64,000 nucleotides of DNA from Verrucomicrobiales bacterium (GCA_016795425.1 JAEUHG010000130.1:12093-76092), one strand, 5' to 3'. Numbered from the stretch's first letter, positions 53,616 to 62,228 are shown. Translations and numbers: made by a program. Notes: generated from the sequence alone by a model not told the origin.

Positions 53616-55229
53616 TCATTTGGTCGGAGTGTTGCGACTCATCCAGGTGCGAACTGCCTGGGTCATGTTCGCGGGATTCTCCCGAATCAGATGATTGAGC
53701 ACCTCGATCGTCACGACCGGAGGCGTATCGGAGTTCCCATTCTTGCCACGCCCGTTCCCATTGTTGTTGGTCTCGGCGAACCCAGGAAGGCTCCCGAGCG
53801 GGATGCCCAGCGTCACGTCCTCGGCTCGCGTCCGCTTGAACGCGCGCCAGAAGAGGAAGAATGCTGCCAGCCCAAGGGCGGGAAAGATCAGGCGCTGCCC
53901 CAGTTCCATCCAATACTGCCGCTTCTCCTGCTGATCGAGCTGCTTCGCGATCTCGAGGATCGGTTGATCATTGAACGGGATCTCCTCAAGGGTGATCTGG
54001 TCCGGCCGCTGGGCGTCATTCTCCTGTATGCCCAGGGCGCTCTGAACGATCCGTCGCAGCTTCTGAAGGTCTTCCGGTGTCCGCACCACCGGCTTGCGCT
54101 CGGCGCCCGCGCCGTCCATGCGCTGCGCAACAAACACCGCCGCCGACACCCGTTGAAGTCCACCGGCGTTCTGCATCAGGCTGCTGACCGTCCGGTTGAT
54201 CTCATACTGGTTGTTCGAAGTCTTCTTCTTGGTCCGTGACAGCCCCGGCGTTCCAGTCGCACTCGCCGTCGCATTGGTCTCAGCCGAATTCGCGGACACA
54301 CCCGGCGCTCCGCCATTGCTGGGGGTCGTCGATTCGACGTTTTCGTCGTCCACCGTCTCAATGCGCACGACTTGACCTTCGGGATCGTACTTCTCTTCGT
54401 ACCGCGTGACCGTGTCCCAGTTGATCTCGGCGGCCACCCGCACCACCGCCTGTCCGCGCCCCAACACTTCCTCGAGCATCCCCTGAGCCTTCTTCGCCAG
54501 GTACATCTCCAGGTTCTTCCGCGCCGCCAACTGGTTGTTGCTCAGTCCCGCCACCGAATCGTCCTGATTGTCCGAAAGCACGTTGCCCAGGTTGTCCACC
54601 ACCGAGACGTTGGCCGTCTGAAGGCCCTCGACCGCGTTGGCCACCAGCAATCGGATCGAATTGACGGCCGATGCCGGAAGTTCGCCGTTGCCCCGCACCC
54701 GCACAAAGACGGATGCCGTCGGCTTCTGTTGAGGGGCCAGGACCAGTCGACTCTCGGGAAGCACGATCATCACGCGGGCCGCCTCAACCAGGTCGAGCTC
54801 CGAGATCGTGCGGGAAAGCTCGCCTTGGAGCGCTCGCAGAAAATTGGCCCGTTGCACGAAGTCGGAAATGCCGAAGTTCGGCTTGTCGAAGATCTCGAAT
54901 CCGACGCCTTCCCCGCGGGGGATTCCTCGGCCCGCGAGTTGCATACGGACCTGGTGAACCTTGTCGGAGGGAACGAAGATCGAACCGCCGGGCCGCGCCT
55001 GGTAGGGAATCTTGGATTCGTCCAGGGCCGCAATCACCCGCGCCGCCTCGGCGTCGTCGAGCTTGCCGTAAAGGAGGGCGAGATCGGCGCGGCTGGACCA
55101 CCAAACGATGCCGAGCAGCGCGGCCAGCACGGCAATGCCGGTGACGGCGATGCTGATGCGCTGGTTGAGGCCAAGCTGCTTCCAGACTCCCAGAAGCTGG
55201 CGACCGAGTTGCGACAAACCCTGATTCAT
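53616..55229 (-). CDS. fliF: Flagellar MS-ring protein FliF
   Basis: 537 aa. It has an N-terminal TM segment, LLYGKLDDAEAARVIAALDESKIPY, the YscJ/FliF fold pattern, and a second TM segment near the C-terminus. Confidence 0.95.
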   Translation of the reverse strand: MNQGLSQLGRQLLGVWKQLGLNQRISIAVTGIAVLAALLGIVWWSSRADLALLYGKLDDAEAARVIAALDESKIPYQARPGGSIFVPSDKVHQVRMQLAGRGIPRGEGVGFEIFDKPNFGISDFVQRANFLRALQGELSRTISELDLVEAARVMIVLPESRLVLAPQQKPTASVFVRVRGNGELPASAVNSIRLLVANAVEGLQTANVSVVDNLGNVLSDNQDDSVAGLSNNQLAARKNLEMYLAKKAQGMLEEVLGRGQAVVRVAAEINWDTVTRYEEKYDPEGQVVRIETVDDENVESTTPSNGGAPGVSANSAETNATASATGTPGLSRTKKKTSNNQYEINRTVSSLMQNAGGLQRVSAAVFVAQRMDGAGAERKPVVRTPEDLQKLRRIVQSALGIQENDAQRPDQITLEEIPFNDQPILEIAKQLDQQEKRQYWMELGQRLIFPALGLAAFFLFWRAFKRTRAEDVTLGIPLGSLPGFAETNNNGNGRGKNGNSDTPPVVTIEVLNHLIRENPANMTQAVRTWMSRNTPTK

Positions 55230-55254
55230 GAAGGGGCGGTGGGTTCAGCGGGCG

Positions 55255-55641
55255 TCAAACCTGCATGCGCATCAGTTCCTGGTAGGACTCGAGCAATTTG
55301 TTGCGCACTTCGACCATCAACTGGAAGGACACGCTCGCCTCCTCGGCGGCGATCATCACGCGGTGCAAGGGCACGTTCTCGCCTCCAAGCAGTCCGCGCA
55401 CCGCCTCGCCGGCCTGGAGCTGCTTCGCATTCACTTCCTGGACCATGTTGCCCAGCATGTGGTCGAAGGAGGGCGCCTGCACCCCCGTCGTCCCCGCGGT
55501 CGCGGATCCACCCGGACGCAACTGCTCCACTTCGACCGCCGTGATGGGCTTCGGCGGACCGGCGGGCTCGGCGACTTGCCGGGCCGCGGCATCCCGAAAG
55601 GCGGGCTGCAGGCTCGAGCGGAGTACGGAGAGCACGTCCAT
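55255..55641 (-). CDS. fliE: Flagellar hook-basal body protein FliE
   Basis: 128 aa. FDHMLGNMVQEVNAKQLQAGEAV...HRVMIAAEEASVSFQLMVEVRNKLLESYQELMRMQV. Confidence 0.9.
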   Translation of the reverse strand: MDVLSVLRSSLQPAFRDAAARQVAEPAGPPKPITAVEVEQLRPGGSATAGTTGVQAPSFDHMLGNMVQEVNAKQLQAGEAVRGLLGGENVPLHRVMIAAEEASVSFQLMVEVRNKLLESYQELMRMQV

Positions 55642-55658
55642 AAATCGTCAGTCGAATT

Positions 55659-56102
55659 TCAACGTTTCCCAATGCCCAGGGTCTGCATCGCCATGCTGCG
55701 CGCAGTTCGCACCACCGACAGATTCGCCTCGAACGATCGGGATGCGGCGATCATGTCCACCATCTCCTCGTGAATATTCACGTTGGGCATCGCCACCATC
55801 CCACTCGCCGGATCGGCATCCGGATGGTTCGGGTTGTAGATCATGCGCGGGGGCCGCTGGTCGGATTCGATACGCGCCACGCGCACCGAGGAGAGCGCCC
55901 CTTGCGCACCGGGAAGGCTGTCCCGCGCGGCCTGCAAGGCAGACTCGAACACCACCTGCTGGCGCTGATACGGCTTTGAATTCCCATCCGCATCCCGCGT
56001 CCCTTGTGCGTTGGCGATATTCTGCCCAATCACGTCGATCCGAATGCGCTCGGCGGTGAGTGCGGCGGACGTGGCATCGATTCCTCCAAGAACGTGGATC
56101 AT
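55659..56102 (-). CDS. flgC: Flagellar proximal rod protein FlgC
   Basis: 147 aa. SAALTAERIRIDVIGQNIANAQGTR... with C-terminal PNVNIHEEMVDMIAASRSFEANLSV. Confidence 0.95.
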   Translation of the reverse strand: MIHVLGGIDATSAALTAERIRIDVIGQNIANAQGTRDADGNSKPYQRQQVVFESALQAARDSLPGAQGALSSVRVARIESDQRPPRMIYNPNHPDADPASGMVAMPNVNIHEEMVDMIAASRSFEANLSVVRTARSMAMQTLGIGKR

Positions 56103-56107
56103 GGCAG

Positions 56108-56491
56108 TTAGCCGGCGCGGCCGGTGATGGCGAGGCGGAGCTTCAGCAACGCTCCGGTAACCAGTTGGGTTTCGACGGCGTGCTCAACCCCGTTGCGGTT
56201 CAAGCGCACCAGTTCACTTTCCAAATCAACCGTATTGCCATCGCGTCGTTGCGCGATCGCCGTGCGGTCTTCCTCGAGGCGGGGGGCCATCGACTGCAGC
56301 CGACCGACATTGCGTGAGTCGATCGCTTGTTTCAGCTCGGACTCAAAGGCAGGGGCGAGATCGACCCGCTTGTATCCCGGGGTCTCCAGATGGGCGAGAT
56401 TCGAGGCGATGGCTTCGTGCCGAAGCGCTGTCGCGTCCAAGAGCCGCTTGGCGGCGAGAAGATTGGGCTGGTTGAACAGGGCGTCGATCAT
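56108..56491 (-). CDS. flgB: Flagellar proximal rod protein FlgB
   Basis: 127 aa. LLDATALRHEAIASNLAHLETPGYKRVDL... is the first structural gene of the cluster. Confidence 0.9.
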   Translation of the reverse strand: MIDALFNQPNLLAAKRLLDATALRHEAIASNLAHLETPGYKRVDLAPAFESELKQAIDSRNVGRLQSMAPRLEEDRTAIAQRRDGNTVDLESELVRLNRNGVEHAVETQLVTGALLKLRLAITGRAG

Positions 56492-56520
56492 GACCCGGGC
56501 GGCATCCCGCCCTTTCGATC

Positions 56521-56537
56521 AAGCACTCGACATGCCA
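56521..56537 (-). promoter_or_regulatory. Candidate sigma54 promoter (proximal) of the flgB-fliN unit
   Basis: The minus strand reads TGGCATGTCGAGTGCTT (GG-N10-GC), 30 nt upstream of the flgB ATG and directly downstream of a sigma54 activator gene. Confidence 0.6.
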
Positions 56538-56559
56538 CCCGCCAAGCCACCTGTCCTGG

Positions 56560-56576
56560 AAGCACTTAGAAGGCCA
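56560..56576 (-). promoter_or_regulatory. Second (distal) sigma54-like element upstream of flgB
   Basis: The minus strand reads TGGCCTTCTAAGTGCTT (GG-N10-GC, same GTGCTT -12 half), 39 nt upstream of the proximal element. Confidence 0.4.
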
Positions 56577-56660
56577 ATCACCGACGAACAGGGGCAATTT
56601 TATCCGCGTCAACCCGCCCGCTAGGCAAGGAACGCCGGGCGCACCCCCCGTCTCCACTCC

Positions 56661-58160
56661 CTAGTCCACCACCCCATCGTCCCCACCATCGTCACCCCCG
56701 CCATCCTTGGTGTCCCTCCCATACTCGTGGAGCTTGTTCCTCAGCGTTCGAATGCTGATGCCCAGCAACCGGGCGGCATGCGTCCGATTGCCCCGCGTGT
56801 GTTCCAAGGCTCGAAAAATCTGCTGTCGCTCGAGTTCTGCCAACGAAACGATGCCATTCAGTGACCCATCAACCAGCGGTACGGGAACCTCGGCGCCCGC
56901 AGCGTCGGAGGCCGCCGAGATCGGGGCACCCCCCAAGACGCCGGAAGCGCCCGCTGACACGAGCGTGTCCGCGTCGCTCGCCACCACCGGTGCCGTCGCG
57001 AACCCGAGATGTTCGGTCTCCAGCAGTCCCGAATCGCCGCTCAAGATTACCGCGCGCTCGATCACGTTCTGCAACTCCCGGACATTCCCCGGCCATCCAT
57101 GGGCCTTGAGAGCCTGCAGGCACGCCGCCGAAATCCCCGTCACCCGGACACCATGCTTGCGGGAGAATCGGTGCATGAACTGCTCCGCCAACTCCGGAAT
57201 GTCGCTCCGGCGTTCGCGGAGAGGCGGGACTTGGATGGGCACCACGTTTAGTCGAAAATACAAATCCTGGCGGAATTCCTTGCGCTGAACGCTTTGTTCG
57301 AGATTCCGATTCGTCGTAGCGATAACCCGTACATCCACCTTGATGGTGCGGTTGCCTCCGACTCGTTCCAGTTCGCGTTCCTGCAAGACACGGAGAAGCT
57401 TGGCCTGGACCTGAGAGGAAACCTCGCTGACTTCATCCAGCAGAATGGTGCCGCCGTGAGCCAGCTCGAAGCGGCCTTCCCGCTTGTTGATCGCCCCGGT
57501 GAAAGCCCCTTTCTCGTGCCCGAAAAACTCGCTTTCAATCAGGTTCTCCGGAATCGCCGCGCAATTCACCTTGATGAACGGAGCGTGTCCGCGGGGACTT
57601 TGTCGATACAGGGCGCGCGCCACGAGTTCCTTGCCGGTCCCGCTCTCGCCCTGGATCAGCACCGTCGCCTGCGTCGGCGCCACCTTGCGAATGAGCGAGC
57701 GCAAGGTTTCCATGGCCGGGCTCTTGCCCAGCAACTCGCAGCCGGCATCATCGTCCTCCTCGTGACTCAGATACCGGTTCACCCGGAGCAATTGGGTGAA
57801 CTCCTCCGCCTTCTTCAACGTGACCTCGAGCTGGTCGGCCGAAAAGGGCTTGATCAGGTAGTCGAAAGCGCCATTCCGCATGCATTCGACGGCGGATTCC
57901 ACCGAGGCAAATCCCGTGGTGATCACCGCCAGCGGACGTTGCGGCCGGGTCTGCAATTCGCGCAGCAGATCGGTCCCTTCGCCATCCGGCAACCGGACAT
58001 CGACGAAGATCAAATCAAACGTGTCCCGACCCAACAAATCCTGCGCCTCGGCCAACGTCGCAGCGGAGGCGACGTCGTACCGGCGATGCCGGAGTTGTTG
58101 TTCGAGGTTTTTTCTGACTATCAGATCGTCCTCCAGGACGATGATCTTCTCGATGGGCAT
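56661..58160 (-). CDS. Sigma54-dependent response regulator (REC - AAA+ EBP - Fis-type HTH), FleR/FlbD/FlgR-like
   Basis: 499 aa. The REC domain has acceptor context LIFVDVRLPDGEG. The AAA+ domain has GESGTGKELVARALY and the sigma54-contact loop EKGAFTGA. The C-terminal HTH is NRTHAARLLGISIRTLRNKL. Confidence 0.9.
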   Translation of the reverse strand: MPIEKIIVLEDDLIVRKNLEQQLRHRRYDVASAATLAEAQDLLGRDTFDLIFVDVRLPDGEGTDLLRELQTRPQRPLAVITTGFASVESAVECMRNGAFDYLIKPFSADQLEVTLKKAEEFTQLLRVNRYLSHEEDDDAGCELLGKSPAMETLRSLIRKVAPTQATVLIQGESGTGKELVARALYRQSPRGHAPFIKVNCAAIPENLIESEFFGHEKGAFTGAINKREGRFELAHGGTILLDEVSEVSSQVQAKLLRVLQERELERVGGNRTIKVDVRVIATTNRNLEQSVQRKEFRQDLYFRLNVVPIQVPPLRERRSDIPELAEQFMHRFSRKHGVRVTGISAACLQALKAHGWPGNVRELQNVIERAVILSGDSGLLETEHLGFATAPVVASDADTLVSAGASGVLGGAPISAASDAAGAEVPVPLVDGSLNGIVSLAELERQQIFRALEHTRGNRTHAARLLGISIRTLRNKLHEYGRDTKDGGGDDGGDDGVVD

Positions 58161-58172
58161 GTTGACTTCGAC

Positions 58173-58592
58173 TCATCGACTACCCTGGCGGCGATAAAGG
58201 TCCGTCACGAAATTCGGACGCTGCCGGTTCACCGAGGGCAATTCCCGCGGCGGAACCAGCCCGTGACGGAGCAACGCCTGCTCGTTCTCGCGATCCATGA
58301 AAAGGATTTTCATCAGCAAATCCTGGTTCTGCCGCACCAGGTCATCGACCTCCGGATGACGGGCGCGCAGGGCAGGACTCGTTGCCTGCCACGCCGCCCG
58401 GCATTTTACCAGCGGATCCAACGACCCAACCAGCGCGGGAAGCAAGTCCTTTTTCGCGGCGTAATGCCTCCCCCAGTTTGCCGGTTCCTCCGATCGAAGG
58501 TCGTTACCCTCCGCCTCCACGATCTTCAGAAGCTGACGATAGGCGGTCAGATGTCCGCGAAGCGTCTCGGTAATTTCAGCAGGCTGTTGCAT
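58173..58592 (-). CDS. Hypothetical helical protein, weakly FlgN-like
   Basis: Trimmed to ATG 58592 (139 aa), 4 nt after the upstream stop. MQQPAEITETLRGHLTAYRQLLKIVEAEGNDL...QNQDLLMKILFMDRENEQALL has a helical pattern reminiscent of the FlgN family. Its stop lies 12 nt before the EBP gene. Confidence 0.3.
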   Translation of the reverse strand: MQQPAEITETLRGHLTAYRQLLKIVEAEGNDLRSEEPANWGRHYAAKKDLLPALVGSLDPLVKCRAAWQATSPALRARHPEVDDLVRQNQDLLMKILFMDRENEQALLRHGLVPPRELPSVNRQRPNFVTDLYRRQGSR

Positions 58593-58596
58593 GGAA

Positions 58597-60021
58597 TCAG
58601 GGAACCGGAAGGGTCGCCACGTTGGGAGGAGGCGCGGACTGTCGGATGGCCGCGGTATTCGATGAGGCATTCATGAGCCAACCCAGGTTGCCCTGGCGCC
58701 AGCGTGCCATCTCGATCACTGTCTTCATGCTCGGCGGCGCGTTGGTTCCGCCCGCCTCCGCTTCGCGACGAATCAAGTTTTGGTAGACTTGGGAAGCCTT
58801 CGCCGGCTGCTGCAGACGCTCCAGGACCAGCCCGATCTGGTACATCACGGGCAACTGCCATTCCGCCGATTTGTCCAGTTCCACCAAGCGCTGGTAAATG
58901 TCCAGCGTCCCCAGATAATCGCCCTCCTTGTAAAGCTGGTTGGCAATCTCGTTCCCGGCCCGCTTTTGCCAATACGCCCAAGCCTCGGGATTCGCCGCCG
59001 CCGTCCCCTGCTGACTCTCCAACAACTTCAGCACCTGCTGCAGAGCCTCCTGGCTCCGCCCCATCTGCTTGAGCTTCGATGCCAGGGTGAACCGAACTTC
59101 GGGCACATCACCCGACTGCGGATACTGTTCGAGAAAGTTCTGCGCCTGGGCCGCGGTCAGTTCCGGACGATCCTGCGCCGCCAACGCCCGGATCAGTTTG
59201 GCATGGATGATCGATCGATCCACCCGGTTCGCGTCCTCCTTCAACAGCCGACGAAAGAAATCCGTCGCATCCGACCATCGGCCTTCCAGGTAATAGGTGT
59301 CCGCGATCTCGATCTTCGCCTGAAGCACCAGCCTTTGATAATATTCGAATTGTTCCAGTCTCAGGCTCAATGCCGTGGTCATCACCGAATAAAACTTCGC
59401 GATCGCTAATGTCGTCGCCCCCATCTGCCGGTACAGCAACCCCTGCCGCATGAAGGCGTCAATTACCCCAGGCTGCTGCGGGTATCGATCAATGTACTGC
59501 GCGAAAATCTGAACCGCGCGGCTCAATTGACCATCGTCCTGCGCCACCAACCCCAATTCGAACAACGCCGGGCGCTTCACTTCGTCCGGCGCCGCCGAAC
59601 GCATGATGGCAATCAACCGCGACGCCGCATCCGCCGCCTTCCCTTCGCCACGCTCGCGCCGAGCCTGGTCAAGCATGTTCCGATAGCCCGACAACTCGGC
59701 GTCCTCGATCGTCCGGCTCTGATCGCTGAACCCTCGCAGGATCAGATCCACCGCACCCGGGTTCTTGCTGCCCACTTCTGCACCACCCGCCGGCTCCGCT
59801 TCCGGCTCCGCTTCCGCAGTCCCATGCCCCTTGACCTGGTGCGCCGTTGCCGGCGAAGGCGTTGCGGGCGTCGCCGACGCCCCATGGGCATCGCTGCCAC
59901 GACTCTCGAGCCCTCCCAATCCAGGACCGCACCCGATCCAGATCGCCAGAATCCAGGCGTGGAGGAAAAATCTTCCAGCAGGAACACCCACCAAAGGCCA
60001 TGATTTGCCGGACAGCGTCAT
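58597..60021 (-). CDS. Tetratricopeptide-repeat protein with N-terminal hydrophobic segment
   Basis: 474 aa. It has repeated TPR-like helix pairs, e.g. YYLEGRWSDATDFFRRLL and NQLYKEGDYLGTLDIYQRLVELD. The N-terminus is FFLHAWILAIWIGCGPG. Confidence 0.6.
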   Translation of the reverse strand: MTLSGKSWPLVGVPAGRFFLHAWILAIWIGCGPGLGGLESRGSDAHGASATPATPSPATAHQVKGHGTAEAEPEAEPAGGAEVGSKNPGAVDLILRGFSDQSRTIEDAELSGYRNMLDQARRERGEGKAADAASRLIAIMRSAAPDEVKRPALFELGLVAQDDGQLSRAVQIFAQYIDRYPQQPGVIDAFMRQGLLYRQMGATTLAIAKFYSVMTTALSLRLEQFEYYQRLVLQAKIEIADTYYLEGRWSDATDFFRRLLKEDANRVDRSIIHAKLIRALAAQDRPELTAAQAQNFLEQYPQSGDVPEVRFTLASKLKQMGRSQEALQQVLKLLESQQGTAAANPEAWAYWQKRAGNEIANQLYKEGDYLGTLDIYQRLVELDKSAEWQLPVMYQIGLVLERLQQPAKASQVYQNLIRREAEAGGTNAPPSMKTVIEMARWRQGNLGWLMNASSNTAAIRQSAPPPNVATLPVP

Positions 60022-60024
60022 GGC

Positions 60025-60519
60025 CTAAGGCGATTTCGTATAGGTGGCCCGACTGGTCGATCGGGTGGAAAGCTGCGGTGGAACGAAGGTCACCGGAGCA
60101 GCGACGACTGCGTTGGCGGTTGTCGAAGGGGCATTTCCCGCAGGAACCGTGAAAAAGGGGATCAACGCCTGGGGTGAAAGGGTCACCGGCGGGGGCGATA
60201 GGGGGCGCGCCTCCTCAGGCTCTCCCGATTTGACTTCAACAGGAGGGGCATTGGTTTCCGGTCCCGGGCCAGGGGTGGGTAACGTGGCGGCCACAACTTC
60301 CGTCGCAGCAGGTTCCGCGCCACCTGCACCAGCCGTCGACGGCGCCGGAGGCTCCGGCAAGGGCGGTAATGGAGTCGGAGGGGTCGCCGGTTTGTGCGCC
60401 ACCAGAAACCTCAGCGGTGGCGGGCCGTCCAGTGGCAAATACTTCGCCGGTCCGGCGGAGGTCCCCAGGGACACCCACAACGGACCGGCAATGATCATGA
60501 TAAAATACTTCGGCGACAT
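60025..60519 (-). CDS. Proline-rich secreted/envelope hypothetical protein
   Basis: 164 aa. It has a hydrophobic N-terminus MSPKYFIMIIAGPLWVSLGTSAG followed by a PPTPLPPLPEPPAPS-type low-complexity region. I can assign no family. Confidence 0.45.
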   Translation of the reverse strand: MSPKYFIMIIAGPLWVSLGTSAGPAKYLPLDGPPPLRFLVAHKPATPPTPLPPLPEPPAPSTAGAGGAEPAATEVVAATLPTPGPGPETNAPPVEVKSGEPEEARPLSPPPVTLSPQALIPFFTVPAGNAPSTTANAVVAAPVTFVPPQLSTRSTSRATYTKSP

Positions 60520-60596
60520 CCTTGTCCCTTCGGCACCCCCCCTAGGGAGGCGCTAGTCCTGTCATCGACATCCGCACGCGCGAATGAAGTCGCGGT

Positions 60597-61742
60597 TCAG
60601 GCGGCCACCGATTCGCGTCCGTTGAGGGCCGCAACGGCCTCGTCGAACGACCCGAGGAAGCTCCAATCCTTGGTCTCCTCGTACTTCCGGCATTCCGCAC
60701 TCACCGCGCCATTTCCCACCATCCGCAGGCGCAGCGACATTTCCTGGCAGAATTGCATCACATCCAGTCCCAGCTTGATGAGGGAGAGATCCGCCGACTT
60801 GAGCGGGCTGACATCGAAAATCACCTTGCCCAGACCCGCATCCACCGCTTCGGCGACTTTGGAGCGCAGATGCGCCGACACTTCATTCGCCGTGGATTGC
60901 GAGAATCCTGACGGCAGTTTGATCCAAAGGACCCCGTCCCGATGCTCAAAATACTTGTAGGACGTGTCCAGGCTCAGCGCCCGGGCAATCTTCATCTTCA
61001 CGTCCTCGAAATCGATCGGCTTGGTGATGATCCCCGTGAACCCCGTCTGCTGGGCTCGCGTCTGGTCGTCCACCGCGGTCTTCACACACATCGCAAACAC
61101 CGGTGTCCCCTTGGATTTTTGTTGCGATCGCAGCATCTGGAACAGGCTGTAGGCGGAGTTGTCGGGCAACGATAGGCTCACAATCACCACGTCCGGCACC
61201 GTCCTTCCGCAATAATCAATCGCCTCCCCTGCCTGGCCTCGACCCAACACCGTCCATTGGGTGTCGCCCAGCCCGAGGCGAACCTGCTCGCAGATCGCCG
61301 GTTTGTCGTCGACCACCAAGATCGACACGGGGTCGTCGAATCGCCGCGCCTTAGGCACGGTCACACCCTTCGGCTTCAGATCGATGATGCGACTGACGCG
61401 CTCGACGATGAGCTCCTCCTTGAAGGGCTTCACGAGATAATCGCGCACGCCCTGCTTGGCGATGCGCAGCACGTTTTCGCGTCCCGATTCCGCGGTGAGC
61501 ATCACCACCGGAATGGACTTCAAATCGGGATCCGACTTGAGCTTGGTCAGCGCCTCGTACCCATCCATGACGGGCATGGTCAGGTCGAGAATGATGATGT
61601 GCGGCTTCTCCTTCGCGGCCATGGCCAGCCCTTCGACACCGTTGGAGGCTTCCAGGACCTCACAGTCGAAAGGCTTAAAGGCCTTGGCGATGATCAGCCG
61701 GATCGTCTTACTGTCGTCGACGGTCAGGATCTTGATTGGCAT
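60597..61742 (-). CDS. Response regulator: CheY-like REC + degenerate REC + STAS (anti-sigma-antagonist-like) domain
   Basis: 381 aa. REC1 reads MPIKILTVDDS...HIIILDLTMPVMDG...VKPF and looks intact. REC2 reads ILVVDDK...DVVIVSLSLPDNS...ITKP, with Ser where the phospho-accepting Asp is expected. The C-terminal ~110 aa (VLWIKLPSGFSQSTANEVSAHL...VIFDVSPLKSADLSLIKL) has a STAS-like layout. Confidence 0.65.
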   Translation of the reverse strand: MPIKILTVDDSKTIRLIIAKAFKPFDCEVLEASNGVEGLAMAAKEKPHIIILDLTMPVMDGYEALTKLKSDPDLKSIPVVMLTAESGRENVLRIAKQGVRDYLVKPFKEELIVERVSRIIDLKPKGVTVPKARRFDDPVSILVVDDKPAICEQVRLGLGDTQWTVLGRGQAGEAIDYCGRTVPDVVIVSLSLPDNSAYSLFQMLRSQQKSKGTPVFAMCVKTAVDDQTRAQQTGFTGIITKPIDFEDVKMKIARALSLDTSYKYFEHRDGVLWIKLPSGFSQSTANEVSAHLRSKVAEAVDAGLGKVIFDVSPLKSADLSLIKLGLDVMQFCQEMSLRLRMVGNGAVSAECRKYEETKDWSFLGSFDEAVAALNGRESVAA

Positions 61743-61751
61743 AAGGCAGGT

Positions 61752-62219
61752 TCAGCTGGTTTTGATCAGGGTCTCCACCGCCAGTCGGTGCTCGCCGCAT
61801 CGGAACGTGCTGACGCGCCGGGTGGTTGAGGTCACGGCTTCGACCACGAAATGGCTTCCCCGGACGATGGACGGAATGGTGAGGACGCACGGCATGCCGC
61901 GGTCCGAAAGCTGGGATTTGATCTGTCCCACGACCATGTTGGTGAGCTCGCCGATCGCGTCATTGACCATCTCCTCGCCGTCGATTTCCTCATCATTGAG
62001 GCCAAGCAACTGGCAGGTGATGCGACGCGCAAAGCTCGCAGTTGAGTAGATGTATACCACGCCGGTGAGACGCCCGATAAACCCGACGGACCCAGCCACA
62101 TGCGGTTCGCCGTTCCATACCGCAGCATCTGCAGGTTCCGCCGCGACCTTGAGATTCAGCATCGTGTCAAAGGCTCGCGCGACCGCCTGCGTGACCAATT
62201 CATCGAGTTGATCGATCAT
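61752..62219 (-). CDS. cheX: CheX-like CheY-P phosphatase (CheC/CheX/FliY family)
   Basis: 155 aa. NDAIGELTNMVVGQIKSQLSDRGMPCVLTIP contains the D-x3-E-x2-N...P active-site signature of the CheC/CheX family. Confidence 0.7.
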   Translation of the reverse strand: MIDQLDELVTQAVARAFDTMLNLKVAAEPADAAVWNGEPHVAGSVGFIGRLTGVVYIYSTASFARRITCQLLGLNDEEIDGEEMVNDAIGELTNMVVGQIKSQLSDRGMPCVLTIPSIVRGSHFVVEAVTSTTRRVSTFRCGEHRLAVETLIKTS

Positions 62220-62228
62220 GCAGCAAGG

